From Candidatus Woesearchaeota archaeon (lineage in GTDB: Archaea > Nanobdellota > Nanobdellia > Pacearchaeales > GW2011-AR1): a DNA stretch of 64,000 bases. The DNA lies in the NCBI GenBank assembly GCA_964410025.1, contig CAYPFA010000001.1, positions 31,401-95,400 of the forward strand, given 5' to 3'. Below, piece after piece: positions 42,902 through 51,731 of this stretch. Made by a program: the position numbers and the translations under genes. Every line of letters starts with the position of its first letter. Positions within the stretch are counted from its first letter, which is position 1. Below the pieces are notes generated by a model, which saw only the letters and a list, made by a program, of their open reading frames with translations, had not been told where the DNA came from and ran no database searches.

Positions 42902-44719
42902 CTATTTCTTCTCGCCAACTACTTCAGCATCAACTATTTTTGAATCAGCATTATCTCCGCTCGCGCCAGCTTGTTTTTCAGCTTGCTCTTTTGCAGATTG
43001 TTCGTAGATTTTTACTCCAAGTTCTTGTGAAATCTTCTTAACTTCTTCCAATGTTGATTTTATCTTATTAGCATCATTTCCTTTACAGACTTCTACTAAA
43101 ACATCTAATTCTTTTTGTATTCTATCAATTGTTTGTTTAAGTTCTGGCTTATCCTTATATTCTTCCATCATTTTTTCAGTTGAATATATCAAAGATTCAG
43201 ATTCATTTCTAGCCATAATTAATTCTTTTTTCTTCAAATCTTCTTCTTTAAATTTCTCAGAATCCTTAACCATTCTTTCAATTTCTGCTTCAGTCAAAGC
43301 TCCGCCAGTAACGGTGATTTTTTGTTCTTTACCCGTTCCCAAGTCTTTTGCAGAAACATGAACAATTCCATTTGTATCAATATCAAAACTAACTTCAATT
43401 TGAGGTATTCCTCTTGGAGCTGGCGGTATTCCAACCAAATCAAATTTACCTAGAGATTTATTGTCTTCAGCCATTTCTCTTTCACCCTGTAAAACATTGA
43501 TTGTTACAGCCTGTTGACCATCTGCAGCAGTTGTGAAAGTCTCGCTCTTTCTTGTTGGAATAGTTGTATTTCTTTCAATCAGAGGAACTCTAAGTCCGCC
43601 CATTGTCTCAATTCCCAAAGTTAATGGTGTAACGTCTAAAAGTAAAATATCTTTAACATCTCCACTTATAATTGCGCCTTGAATTGCAGCACCAAGTGAA
43701 ACAGCTTCGTCGGGATTTACAGATTTATCAGGAACTAATCCAGTAAGATCTTGAACTATTTTCTGAACCAACGGTATTCTTGTTGAACCACCAACTAAAA
43801 TAACCTTGTCAATCTTTGGCATCTTAGCGTCCTTAAGTGCTTGTTTTACCGGATTCTTTAATCTCTCGAAAATAGGATCACAAATCTTTTCAAAATTTGC
43901 TCTTGTTAATGTAACATCCAAATGCTTTGGACCATCGGCGCCAGCAGAAATATACGGAATAGTAACCTTTGTCTGTTGTGCCGAGCTCAGTTCTATTTTT
44001 GCCTTTTCAGAAGCATCTCTCAATCTTTGCAAAGCAACTAAATCAGATCTTAAATCAATTCCGTTTTCTTTCTTAAATTCTGTAGCCAAAAAATCCATCA
44101 ATAAATTATCAATATCATCACCACCAAGGAAGTTATCTCCGCTTGTCGACTTAACTTCAAAAATTCCACCACCAAGTTCTAAGATAGAAACATCAAAAGT
44201 TCCACCACCGAAATCAAAAACTAAAATTGTGTGATCATGAGATTTTTCTAAACCATAAGCCAAAGCAGCAGCAGTTGGTTCGTTAATAATTCTTTTAACA
44301 TTCAATCCAGCAATAACACCTGCATCCTTAGTTGCATTTCTTTGAGCGTCTCCAAAATAAGCTGGAACAGTAATTACAGCGTCAGTAACTTCATGACCTA
44401 AATATGCTTCAGCGTCTTTCTTTAATTTTTGTAAAATCATTGCAGAAATTTGCTCAGGTGAATATTCCTTATCGCCAACAACAGACATTTTCTTTGTTCC
44501 CATCAATCTTTTAATGCTTCTAATTGTACTTCTTGGATTTGCCACAGCTCCTCTTTTTGCGACGTCACCAACTAAAATTTCATTTCCATTAATAGAAACT
44601 ACGCTCGGTGTTGTATTGTTTCCTTCTGTATTCGGAATGATTTTTGCCCTTCCGCCTTCCATGATGCTTACAGCTGAGAATGTTGTTCCTAAATCAATTC
44701 CTATAATTTTAGTGTTCAT
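42902..44719 (-). CDS. dnaK: molecular chaperone DnaK (Hsp70)
   Basis: [31 protein letters not shown]. Confidence 0.95.
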   Translation of the reverse strand: MNTKIIGIDLGTTFSAVSIMEGGRAKIIPNTEGNNTTPSVVSINGNEILVGDVAKRGAVANPRSTIRSIKRLMGTKKMSVVGDKEYSPEQISAMILQKLKKDAEAYLGHEVTDAVITVPAYFGDAQRNATKDAGVIAGLNVKRIINEPTAAALAYGLEKSHDHTILVFDFGGGTFDVSILELGGGIFEVKSTSGDNFLGGDDIDNLLMDFLATEFKKENGIDLRSDLVALQRLRDASEKAKIELSSAQQTKVTIPYISAGADGPKHLDVTLTRANFEKICDPIFERLKNPVKQALKDAKMPKIDKVILVGGSTRIPLVQKIVQDLTGLVPDKSVNPDEAVSLGAAIQGAIISGDVKDILLLDVTPLTLGIETMGGLRVPLIERNTTIPTRKSETFTTAADGQQAVTINVLQGEREMAEDNKSLGKFDLVGIPPAPRGIPQIEVSFDIDTNGIVHVSAKDLGTGKEQKITVTGGALTEAEIERMVKDSEKFKEEDLKKKELIMARNESESLIYSTEKMMEEYKDKPELKQTIDRIQKELDVLVEVCKGNDANKIKSTLEEVKKISQELGVKIYEQSAKEQAEKQAGASGDNADSKIVDAEVVGEKK

Positions 44720-45270
44720 TTTTTGTCCTTTACCCTACTGACTTTAACTTTTGATGCCCTTAAAAGCTTATCGTTTAGGAAATATCCCTTCTGAATTTCT
44801 TCTAAAATAATTCCGTCTTTTTCTCCATCAACTTTTATAACTGCTTCATGTATTTTTGGATTAAAAATTCCAGTAGAATCAACGTTTTTTACACCATTAT
44901 TTTTCAAAATTTCATTAAGCTCGTCGTAAATCATCACAACACCTTTATCTTTATTATGTTTCAAAGCTAATTCAAAATGATCCAACACTGGCAATATTTC
45001 AGAAATTAAATTTGCATTTGCATTAATTAAATTTTCCTGCTTTTCTTTTTCCATTCTTTTTCTATAATTATCAAAATCTGCCTGTTGTCTTGCAATTTTA
45101 TCTAAATATTCGACTTCCTTATTTTCTATTGTAGCCTCAGTAGCTACTTCTTTAAATGCGTTTAATATTTTATCCATTACTTCGTTACTTTCAGCATCTG
45201 ACATTTCTTCTTCTTTTGGAGCATCCGCTGATTCTGCTACCTTAACGCTTTCTTTATCTTTTTCTACCAT
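44716..45270 (-). CDS. grpE: nucleotide exchange factor GrpE
   Basis: Length, an acidic N-terminus, DFDNYRKR, and a C-terminal beta domain. ATGA-type overlap with dnaK. Confidence 0.85.
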   Translation of the reverse strand: MVEKDKESVKVAESADAPKEEEMSDAESNEVMDKILNAFKEVATEATIENKEVEYLDKIARQQADFDNYRKRMEKEKQENLINANANLISEILPVLDHFELALKHNKDKGVVMIYDELNEILKNNGVKNVDSTGIFNPKIHEAVIKVDGEKDGIILEEIQKGYFLNDKLLRASKVKVSRVKDKK

Positions 45271-45364
45271 ATAATATCTTTTGAATAATCCCTTTTAAAG
45301 GATGCGGTTTTGAAAATTTCGTCAAATTACTCAGCTTTAAAAACCTATTTTTAAGTATATTTTC

Positions 45365-45898
45365 ATGTTAAAAATTAAAGGCAATGAAATAGAAGAACCG
45401 AAGATAGCAACGTCTTTTGATCGTAAAGCTGTACAAATACAAAATAATATTGTACAGACACTAAGACTACTCGAAGTAGATCGAGATCATATAGATATGA
45501 AAATGGAAAAAATCGCACAAAGAAAAGCTCCCGCTTCTGTATCTTGGTATTTCGAAGGAAGAAATTTAAAATACAGCTATTCACAAATGAAAAATTTTGT
45601 AGAAAATCTTTACATCCTAGATAAAGTTCTGAAATGTGAAGTCGCGAAACTTATTGCTGAAGAAATAACTCCGAGCCAATTCATGCAAGAATTTTCCGAA
45701 GATGATAACTTATCAGAGCAATTGGTAGAGGCAAGAAAAACTCTGGGCGTTGATTCAACTGAAAAAGATTTTGAACTAATAAGTAAAAAATATAAAGATT
45801 TAGCAAGAACACACCACCCTGACATGCCAGCAGGAAATCACAATACTTTCCAAAAAATTAATGCAGCACACAAGCTACTTAAAAAAGAACTAACATAA
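45365..45898 (+). CDS. protein with C-terminal J domain
   Basis: YKDLARTHHPDMPAGNHNTFQKINAAHKLL carries the HPD tripeptide in J-domain context at the C-terminus. The N-terminal 120 aa are unrecognised. Confidence 0.55.
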   Translation: MLKIKGNEIEEPKIATSFDRKAVQIQNNIVQTLRLLEVDRDHIDMKMEKIAQRKAPASVSWYFEGRNLKYSYSQMKNFVENLYILDKVLKCEVAKLIAEEITPSQFMQEFSEDDNLSEQLVEARKTLGVDSTEKDFELISKKYKDLARTHHPDMPAGNHNTFQKINAAHKLLKKELT

Positions 45899-45942
45899 AT
45901 CTTCTCACAAACCTTTTTAATCCCAAAAGACTTATTTAAATT

Positions 45943-47103
45943 ATGCCAACATCTTGTTTCAAAATTCTTCACAAAGATAAAAAAACCGACGCACGAGTTG
46001 GCGAAATTTCAACAAAAAAAGGAAAAATTAAAACTCCTTTTTTTATGCCCGTTGCAACAAAAACTTCTGTTAAACATATTAATTCTCGAGACCTAGAAGA
46101 AATGAATTGCCCGGCAGTAATTAGCAACACTTTTGTTTTACATTTACGACCTGGAGAAAAACTAATCAAAAAATTCGGAGGAATTGGAAAATTTATGAAC
46201 TTCAAAGGAATTAACGTAACAGATTCTGGTGGTTTCCAAATGTATTCTCCGTCGCTATATCATTCCTCCGATGAAAAGGGAGTTACTTTCAAAAATCCCT
46301 ATGATGGCAAAAAAGTTTTCATCACACCAGAAAAAGATATGCAAATTCAACTAGACTTGAACGCAGAAATTGCAATGTGTTTAGATACAATGCCTCTGAT
46401 TGAACATCACAAAGAACAAATTCAGCTCGCAGTTGAAAGAACAACAGCCTGGGCAAAAAGATGTAGAGAAACTCACAATAAACTTCAATCAAAAATTCCA
46501 CAAAATAAAAGACAACTTCTTTGGGGAATAACTCAAGGTGGAATTCACGCAGACCTGAGAGAAAAATCAGCTAGAGAATTAAAAGAAATTGATTTTGACG
46601 GTTATTCTGTTGGCGGATTAGCCCTAGGCGAAACTATCGAACAAGAAATGGAAATGATTGACATTCATAAAAAAGTTATTGGAGAAAGCAAGCCTTGTTA
46701 TTTAATGGGCGCAGGAAATCCAGTTGAAGTTTTAGAAGCAATTTCCAAAGGAGTTGATATGTTCGATTCAAGATTCCCGACGCAAAACGCGAGAAGAGGA
46801 ACAATTTTTACATCAAAAGGAAAACTAAGAATTTTTAGAAAAAAACACATAATGGAAAACAAACCATTAGATGAAAATTGCGATTGTTTCGTCTGTAAAA
46901 CCTACACTAGAGGCTACATAAGATACCAACTTTTTCAAGAAGAAGCAGTTGGAATGCGTTTAGCAACTTTCCACAATTTATATTATCTAACAAAACTAAT
47001 GGAACAAGCAAGAGCTGCAATAAAACAAGGAAAATTTTTAAAATTCAAAAACAAAATCAAAAAGATCTACGAAAAAGAAGACGCTGGTGTTGAACAGAGA
47101 TAA
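45943..47103 (+). CDS. tgt: tRNA-guanine transglycosylase (archaeosine/queuine TGT family, catalytic domain only)
   Basis: FMPVAT, TDSGGFQ, GGLALGE and the zinc site CDCFVCKTYTRGYIRY. At 386 aa it lacks the C-terminal PUA-containing domains. Confidence 0.85.
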   Translation: MPTSCFKILHKDKKTDARVGEISTKKGKIKTPFFMPVATKTSVKHINSRDLEEMNCPAVISNTFVLHLRPGEKLIKKFGGIGKFMNFKGINVTDSGGFQMYSPSLYHSSDEKGVTFKNPYDGKKVFITPEKDMQIQLDLNAEIAMCLDTMPLIEHHKEQIQLAVERTTAWAKRCRETHNKLQSKIPQNKRQLLWGITQGGIHADLREKSARELKEIDFDGYSVGGLALGETIEQEMEMIDIHKKVIGESKPCYLMGAGNPVEVLEAISKGVDMFDSRFPTQNARRGTIFTSKGKLRIFRKKHIMENKPLDENCDCFVCKTYTRGYIRYQLFQEEAVGMRLATFHNLYYLTKLMEQARAAIKQGKFLKFKNKIKKIYEKEDAGVEQR

Positions 47104-47111
47104 AATTAATT

Positions 47112-47507
47112 TTAACGTCTACCTAAAACATTTCCACCAAGGGGATTTCTTAAAAAGTCACTTCTTCGTTTTTCTTCTTTTTTTCTTATCGATTCTCGTT
47201 CTATAAAATCTCTTTTTTCTAGTTGCCTACCCCTTTCTCTATTTGCCGCCAACACTCTTTCTTGATAAACTTTATTTTTCCAATCCGCAACTTTTCTATC
47301 ATGACTTTGTACTTTATCATCTAATCGCTTTATATCTCCACCAATATTAGAAAAGAGCCGTTTTAATGCCCCGCTTTTTATTAGAAAAAATAATATAAGG
47401 GCCATTATCCCAACCATAAAAGAATTTTTAATATCTTTAGTAAAAATTAATCCTATTATAAAACCAACTACAAACCAAATTAAAACACTCTTTATTGTTT
47501 TATTCAT
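47112..47507 (-). CDS. small membrane protein with a basic coiled C-terminal tail
   Basis: Two N-terminal TM helices, then a K/R/E-rich tail. Confidence 0.5.
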   Translation of the reverse strand: MNKTIKSVLIWFVVGFIIGLIFTKDIKNSFMVGIMALILFFLIKSGALKRLFSNIGGDIKRLDDKVQSHDRKVADWKNKVYQERVLAANRERGRQLEKRDFIERESIRKKEEKRRSDFLRNPLGGNVLGRR

Positions 47508-47590
47508 AAAATATTTAGGATTCTACTATTTTTAAATCCTACGAATAGGAATTAGTCAACACTCCGTCTCCACAAACCGTCGTCCATCTT

Positions 47591-47616
47591 GGGCGGGTGG
47601 GCGGGAGTGCGTCGTT
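47591..47616 (+). repeat. GC-rich box copy 1 (GGGCGGGTGGGCGGG-AGTGCGTCGTT), G-quadruplex-capable
   Basis: Four G3 tracts separated by single nucleotides, in an AT-rich intergenic region. It shares CGGGTGG-(0/7 nt)-GCGGGARTRCGTCGTT with 58564-58593. Confidence 0.6.
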
Positions 47617-47654
47617 CTCCAAATACTTATAAACTATATTCTCGTCATCAAATC

Positions 47655-48848
47655 ATGAAACGAGAGGGCAGCAGAAAAAATATTTATCTTTTAGGCACTT
47701 CTAGTATGTTCAACGACATTGGAAGCGAAATGGTTACCCCGATTCTTCCATATTTTATTAGTTCTTTGGGCGGAGGCGGGGCTGCAATTGGTTTAGTTAG
47801 CGGTTTAAGGGAAGGAATTTCAAGCCTACTAAAACTCGTAGGTGGTTGGCTTTCAGACAGACTCGGAAAAAGACTAGGAATTGTTTTCTTCGGCTATATT
47901 GCATCAGCCCTGCTTAAATTACTAATGGCTTTTGCACAAACTCCTGCACAAATAGCTGGTTTTATCTCCCTTGAAAGAATTGGGAAAATGAGAGACCCGC
48001 CAAGAGATGCAATAATTGCTAAAACGAATATTCCTCAAGGAAAGGGTTTCGGAATTCACCAAAGATTTGATAGCATAGGTGGTGCAGTTGGAACCATACT
48101 GGTTCTTTTAATTTTCTGGCTTTTACATTGGGACTTTAGAACAATTGTTTTTGCAGCAGCTGGAATCACCATGCTTTCGGTTATACCCCTATTTTTTGTT
48201 AAAGATAAAAACTCAGCACCAATAAAAAGAAATCTTCTTGGAAGTATTGGAAATCTGGACTCGGGATTAAAAAAAATAATTTACATTATGGCCATATTTT
48301 CATTTGCGAATTTCGGACTTTACATGTTTCTCATATTAAGAGCAAAGGAAATTTCCGGGAACGAAATATATCCCTTAATTATATTTACAATATTTAATCT
48401 CATATATGCCTTTACATCAAAACCATCAGGGAAGCTATCAGACCACATAGGAAGAAAGAAGGTTTTAGCACTTGGATATTTGCTCTTTATGATTCTTTGC
48501 ATAGGATTCGCTGTAACGTACGATCTTATAACTATGGGAATTTTATTTGGACTTTATGGGCTTGTATTCGGCCTGACAGAACCAATTCAAAAGGCATATG
48601 TATCCGATTTGTCTAATGGACAAAAGGGAACGGCCATGGGCTACTTTTATTTTATAAAAGGATTGGCAGTAATTATCGGAGGCCTTGTAGCCGGACTTAT
48701 TTGGGACATCGGCGCAGTGTATATGTTCTTTTATCTGGCAGTGGTCGCCTTTGTGGCACTAGTCGCGCTTTTCAGAACAAGACAAACACCATTGCATAAA
48801 ATTTTCTCAAAGGAATATGTAACTAATATGATACCAAAGAAAAAATGA
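47655..48848 (+). CDS. MFS transporter
   Basis: Start moved to ATG 47655 (MKREGSRKNIY). It has 12 hydrophobic segments and a GWLSDRLGKR motif between TM2 and TM3. Confidence 0.75.
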   Translation: MKREGSRKNIYLLGTSSMFNDIGSEMVTPILPYFISSLGGGGAAIGLVSGLREGISSLLKLVGGWLSDRLGKRLGIVFFGYIASALLKLLMAFAQTPAQIAGFISLERIGKMRDPPRDAIIAKTNIPQGKGFGIHQRFDSIGGAVGTILVLLIFWLLHWDFRTIVFAAAGITMLSVIPLFFVKDKNSAPIKRNLLGSIGNLDSGLKKIIYIMAIFSFANFGLYMFLILRAKEISGNEIYPLIIFTIFNLIYAFTSKPSGKLSDHIGRKKVLALGYLLFMILCIGFAVTYDLITMGILFGLYGLVFGLTEPIQKAYVSDLSNGQKGTAMGYFYFIKGLAVIIGGLVAGLIWDIGAVYMFFYLAVVAFVALVALFRTRQTPLHKIFSKEYVTNMIPKKK

Positions 48849-49696
48849 AAAACAACATCTCTCAAATCGAAACAGCATTAAAGAAAGATAAATGTATCGC
48901 ACTTCTAGCTCCGAGCTTCATTGCGGAATTTAGCTATCCAGCAATAGTCTATGTTCTGAAAGAGTTAGGCTTCTCAAAAGTAATCGAACTAACATTCGGT
49001 GCAAAAATGATCAATAGGGACTACCATGAAATTTTAAAAAAGAAAGACAAGCTTTGGATTTCAACTACCTGTCCCGGAATTTGTGAATTTATAAAAAATG
49101 AATATCCTCAATATACAAAAAACCTAATTCCTATTGATAGCCCGATGATTGCAACAGCAAAAATCTGCAAAAAAAACTATCCAAACTTCAAAACAATTTT
49201 CATCTCACCATGTGCTTTCAAAAAACAAGAAGCTGAATCTTCAAAATATGTAGACTACACAATTGACTACCAACAACTTAAACAACTTTTCACAAAAAAT
49301 AAAATAAAACTAAAAAACAGAAAAGCCGGAAAATCAGAAATATTTGATTCTTTCTACAACGACTACACAAAAATCTATCCTGCTTCTGGAGGATTATCTA
49401 AAACAGCTCATCTAAAAGGAATCTTAAGCAAAAACGAAGTAAAAATAATTGACGGAATAAAAAAAATAAAAGAATTTTTAGAAAATTACAAAAAACATCC
49501 AAATAAGAAATTGGTTTTTCTAGACGTAAATTTCTGTGTTGGCGGTTGCCTAGGCGGACCCTTTTTTACAAATAAAAATCTTTCGCAAAAAAAGAAAAAA
49601 CTTCAAAAATACATGAACTACGCACTAAAGGCAAGAATCCCAAATAAAAATAAGGGATTCATAAAACAAGCAGAAGTAATAAAATTTAGAAATTAA
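48845..49696 (+). CDS. [FeFe]-hydrogenase H-cluster-domain-like protein (minimal, 283 aa)
   Basis: LLAPSFIAEF, TTCPGICEFIKNEYP (P1-like with a single Cys), SPCAFKKQE (P2, PCxxKxxE) and FCVGGCLGGP (P3-like). It has no N-terminal ferredoxin domains. Confidence 0.6.
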   Translation: MKNNISQIETALKKDKCIALLAPSFIAEFSYPAIVYVLKELGFSKVIELTFGAKMINRDYHEILKKKDKLWISTTCPGICEFIKNEYPQYTKNLIPIDSPMIATAKICKKNYPNFKTIFISPCAFKKQEAESSKYVDYTIDYQQLKQLFTKNKIKLKNRKAGKSEIFDSFYNDYTKIYPASGGLSKTAHLKGILSKNEVKIIDGIKKIKEFLENYKKHPNKKLVFLDVNFCVGGCLGGPFFTNKNLSQKKKKLQKYMNYALKARIPNKNKGFIKQAEVIKFRN

Positions 49697-50223
49697 AAAC
49701 TCAAAACTCTATCTGCAAACAAAGATAAATCTGCCAAAGTTTCTTTCTTCGTTTCTCCAACCACAAGGCATACTGACTTTAAAGAATTCTGACGAAATTT
49801 AGATGTTATGCTATTCATAAATCTCAACACTAAAAGAATATTATTATGAAGCACCAATCCGGAAAAACTATCCAATATAACTAAATCTGTTTCACTAGAT
49901 AAATTATTCAAAGCTATAGCCAATTCTGTTAAAGCTCTCGGAGAACTAATATACTCACACTGTTTAGCCGGAATTTGCTTCATAGAGGAAGCAGAAATAC
50001 AATCAATAAAATGGAATTTTGAAAAATCTATTTTTCTACCTTTCAATTTTTCAGCCAAAGAAAAATAGGGCATATTAGCGCTAACGATACAAATTTTTTT
50101 AAATTTACCCTTAGCAGACTCACACAAATCCAGAAGAGCTTCACCTGGACTCTCTTTATTGCAAACTAAAACAATACTCTGTCCACCCTCTAATGACTTT
50201 TTTAAGCTAATAATTTTTTCCAT
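49693..50223 (-). CDS. RecA/KaiC-like fold protein with degenerate Walker A (paralogue A)
   Basis: The pattern SIVLVCNKESPGE (no GxxGxGKT), a Walker-B-like DLVILDSFSGL and C-terminal LFADRVLSF resembles KaiC/RadA-like domains. It is a paralogue of 50599-51120. Confidence 0.4.
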   Translation of the reverse strand: MEKIISLKKSLEGGQSIVLVCNKESPGEALLDLCESAKGKFKKICIVSANMPYFSLAEKLKGRKIDFSKFHFIDCISASSMKQIPAKQCEYISSPRALTELAIALNNLSSETDLVILDSFSGLVLHNNILLVLRFMNSITSKFRQNSLKSVCLVVGETKKETLADLSLFADRVLSF

Positions 50224-50225
50224 TT

Positions 50226-50597
50226 TTAACCAAGAAGTTTTTTAACCCTCATTTTAAAATCGTTAATATCTACAATTGGTTTCTGGAAATAATCCACTGC
50301 CTTTAATTTCTTTACCAAACTCTGCCCCTCTAAACCCAATTGAATAGCGGTCAAAAAAGCAACCTTTTGATTTTTCAATTTAGAATCAGCTCTAATCTTT
50401 TCCAACACTTCTCTTCCAGACATTTCCGGCATCATAATATCTAATAAAACCAAATCAAAATTTTCCTTATTCATAATCTTTAAAGCAGACATTCCACTAT
50501 CCACTGTTTTACAACCATAACCCATTCCATCGATAAGCATTTTTAAAGAAGAGACTATATCTTTCTCATCATCAACAACTAAAATTTTTTTAACCAT
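50226..50597 (-). CDS. response regulator receiver (stand-alone CheY-like)
   Basis: ILVVDDE, DLVLLDIMMPEMSG and the conserved K (FQKP) fit a receiver domain. There is no output domain. Confidence 0.85.
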   Translation of the reverse strand: MVKKILVVDDEKDIVSSLKMLIDGMGYGCKTVDSGMSALKIMNKENFDLVLLDIMMPEMSGREVLEKIRADSKLKNQKVAFLTAIQLGLEGQSLVKKLKAVDYFQKPIVDINDFKMRVKKLLG

Positions 50598-50598
50598 A

Positions 50599-51120
50599 CT
50601 AAATTATCTCCACCTTATCTGCAAACAAAGACAAGTCTTCCATAACCTCTTTATTTGTATCATGAAATAATAAATAAACTGCTTTGTTTTTTGCCTGTCT
50701 AACTTTCGCCATCAAACTATTCAAAAATTGCAAAGTTGCCACATTCCCATTATAGGTTAATAATCCAGAAACATTATCAAAAATAATTATATCAAACTCA
50801 GTCAATTTACCATCAATTTCCATTGCCAAATCAACGAGAGACTCTGGGGAAGTAAGGTAGACACATTGCTTCGAAGATTTTTCAGCCATCATCAAACTAG
50901 AAGAAATACAATCAATAAAAAACCATTTAGAAAAATCAATCTTTTCACTTTGAAATTTACTTGATAAAATCGGAAAAGATTTATTCGTAGTAACATAAAG
51001 CACCTTACTGTTTTTAGGAATAGTTTTCAAAAAATTAAGAGTAAAAGTTATAGGATCCGACTCTCGACACAAAAAAACAACGTTCTGATTTTTTTTAAAA
51101 TATTCGTCAATTGGTTTCAT
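50599..51120 (-). CDS. RecA/KaiC-like fold protein with degenerate Walker A (paralogue B)
   Basis: Colinear with 49693-50223: FIDCISSS, a Walker-B-like DIIIFDNVSGL, and LFADKVEI. Confidence 0.4.
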   Translation of the reverse strand: MKPIDEYFKKNQNVVFLCRESDPITFTLNFLKTIPKNSKVLYVTTNKSFPILSSKFQSEKIDFSKWFFIDCISSSLMMAEKSSKQCVYLTSPESLVDLAMEIDGKLTEFDIIIFDNVSGLLTYNGNVATLQFLNSLMAKVRQAKNKAVYLLFHDTNKEVMEDLSLFADKVEII

Positions 51121-51135
51121 AGAAAGTTGTATAAA

Positions 51136-51507
51136 TTAAGAAAGTATCCTCTTTAATTTTGTTTTAAAATCATCAATATCTACAATTGGCTTTTGAAAAT
51201 ACTCAACTGGCTTCAATGTTTTTACAAAATTTTTCCCTTCTGAACTTAATTGAATTACGGATAAAAATGCTACCTTTTGTTTTTTCAATTTAGAATCAGC
51301 TCTAATCTTTTCCAACACTTCTCTTCCAGACATTTCCGGCATAAGTATATCTAATAAAACCAAATCAAACTTTTCTTTAGACAATATTTGAAGTGCGGAT
51401 TTTCCGTCATTTACAATTTTAGAACTAAATCCCATTGCGTCAACAAGCATCTTGACCGATGAAGCTATATCATTCTCGTCGTCAACAATAAGTATCTTCT
51501 TTACCAT
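51136..51507 (-). CDS. response regulator receiver (stand-alone)
   Basis: ILIVDDE and DLVLLDILMPEMSG. It shares a 62-bp identical block with the two other receivers. Confidence 0.85.
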   Translation of the reverse strand: MVKKILIVDDENDIASSVKMLVDAMGFSSKIVNDGKSALQILSKEKFDLVLLDILMPEMSGREVLEKIRADSKLKKQKVAFLSVIQLSSEGKNFVKTLKPVEYFQKPIVDIDDFKTKLKRILS

Positions 51508-51650
51508 CTCTCTTTAATATATCTACTAGATATCATTATATAAATCTTTCTGACTGATAAAAAAGACCGCGCACAAGGTTTAAATTTATTTAAACATTTT
51601 CTAAGCTTTAACATTTAAAATTCTCATAAATAAAAATCGTGACCCCTAAA

Positions 51651-51667
51651 GCGCGCGAGTAGCGCGC
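51651..51667 (-). terminator. GC hairpin GCGCGC-GAGTA-GCGCGC downstream of the PAS gene
   Basis: A perfect 6-bp GC stem in an AT-rich spacer, about 65 nt after the stop at 51732, followed on the minus strand by T-rich sequence. Confidence 0.3.
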
Positions 51668-51731
51668 AAATAATCAAAACAAATTTTTTCGTAAAAAAAA
51701 TTTGACAAATACATAAAAAAATAACTTTATT

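Noticed and set aside
43806-44234. Antisense or shadow ORFs inside conserved genes (for example 43806-44234 and 44514-44741 in dnaK, 22846-23208 and 24091-24553 in ppdK, 42289-42576 in dnaJ, and 53101-53355 and 55882-56118 opposite the PAS repeats)
   Set aside because: They lie entirely within strongly supported genes on the other strand and have low-complexity, S/F/L/I-rich compositions typical of AT-rich antisense frames.
47560-47620. Riboswitch interpretation of the GC box (for example fluoride, guanidine-II or preQ1) in the MFS leader
   Set aside because: I cannot match it to any riboswitch consensus I know. The second copy has the opposite orientation relative to its nearest downstream plus-strand context. 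Both copies appear to lie upstream of the TATA-like sequences of minus-strand genes, so a DNA-level element is at least as likely.
47589-47654. N-terminal extension of the MFS transporter starting at TTG 47589 (MGGWAGVRRSPNTYKLYSRHQI)
   Set aside because: The extension is simply the translated GC-rich box. The hydrophilic MKREGSRKNIY start at ATG 47655 precedes the first TM helix and leaves room for a promoter.
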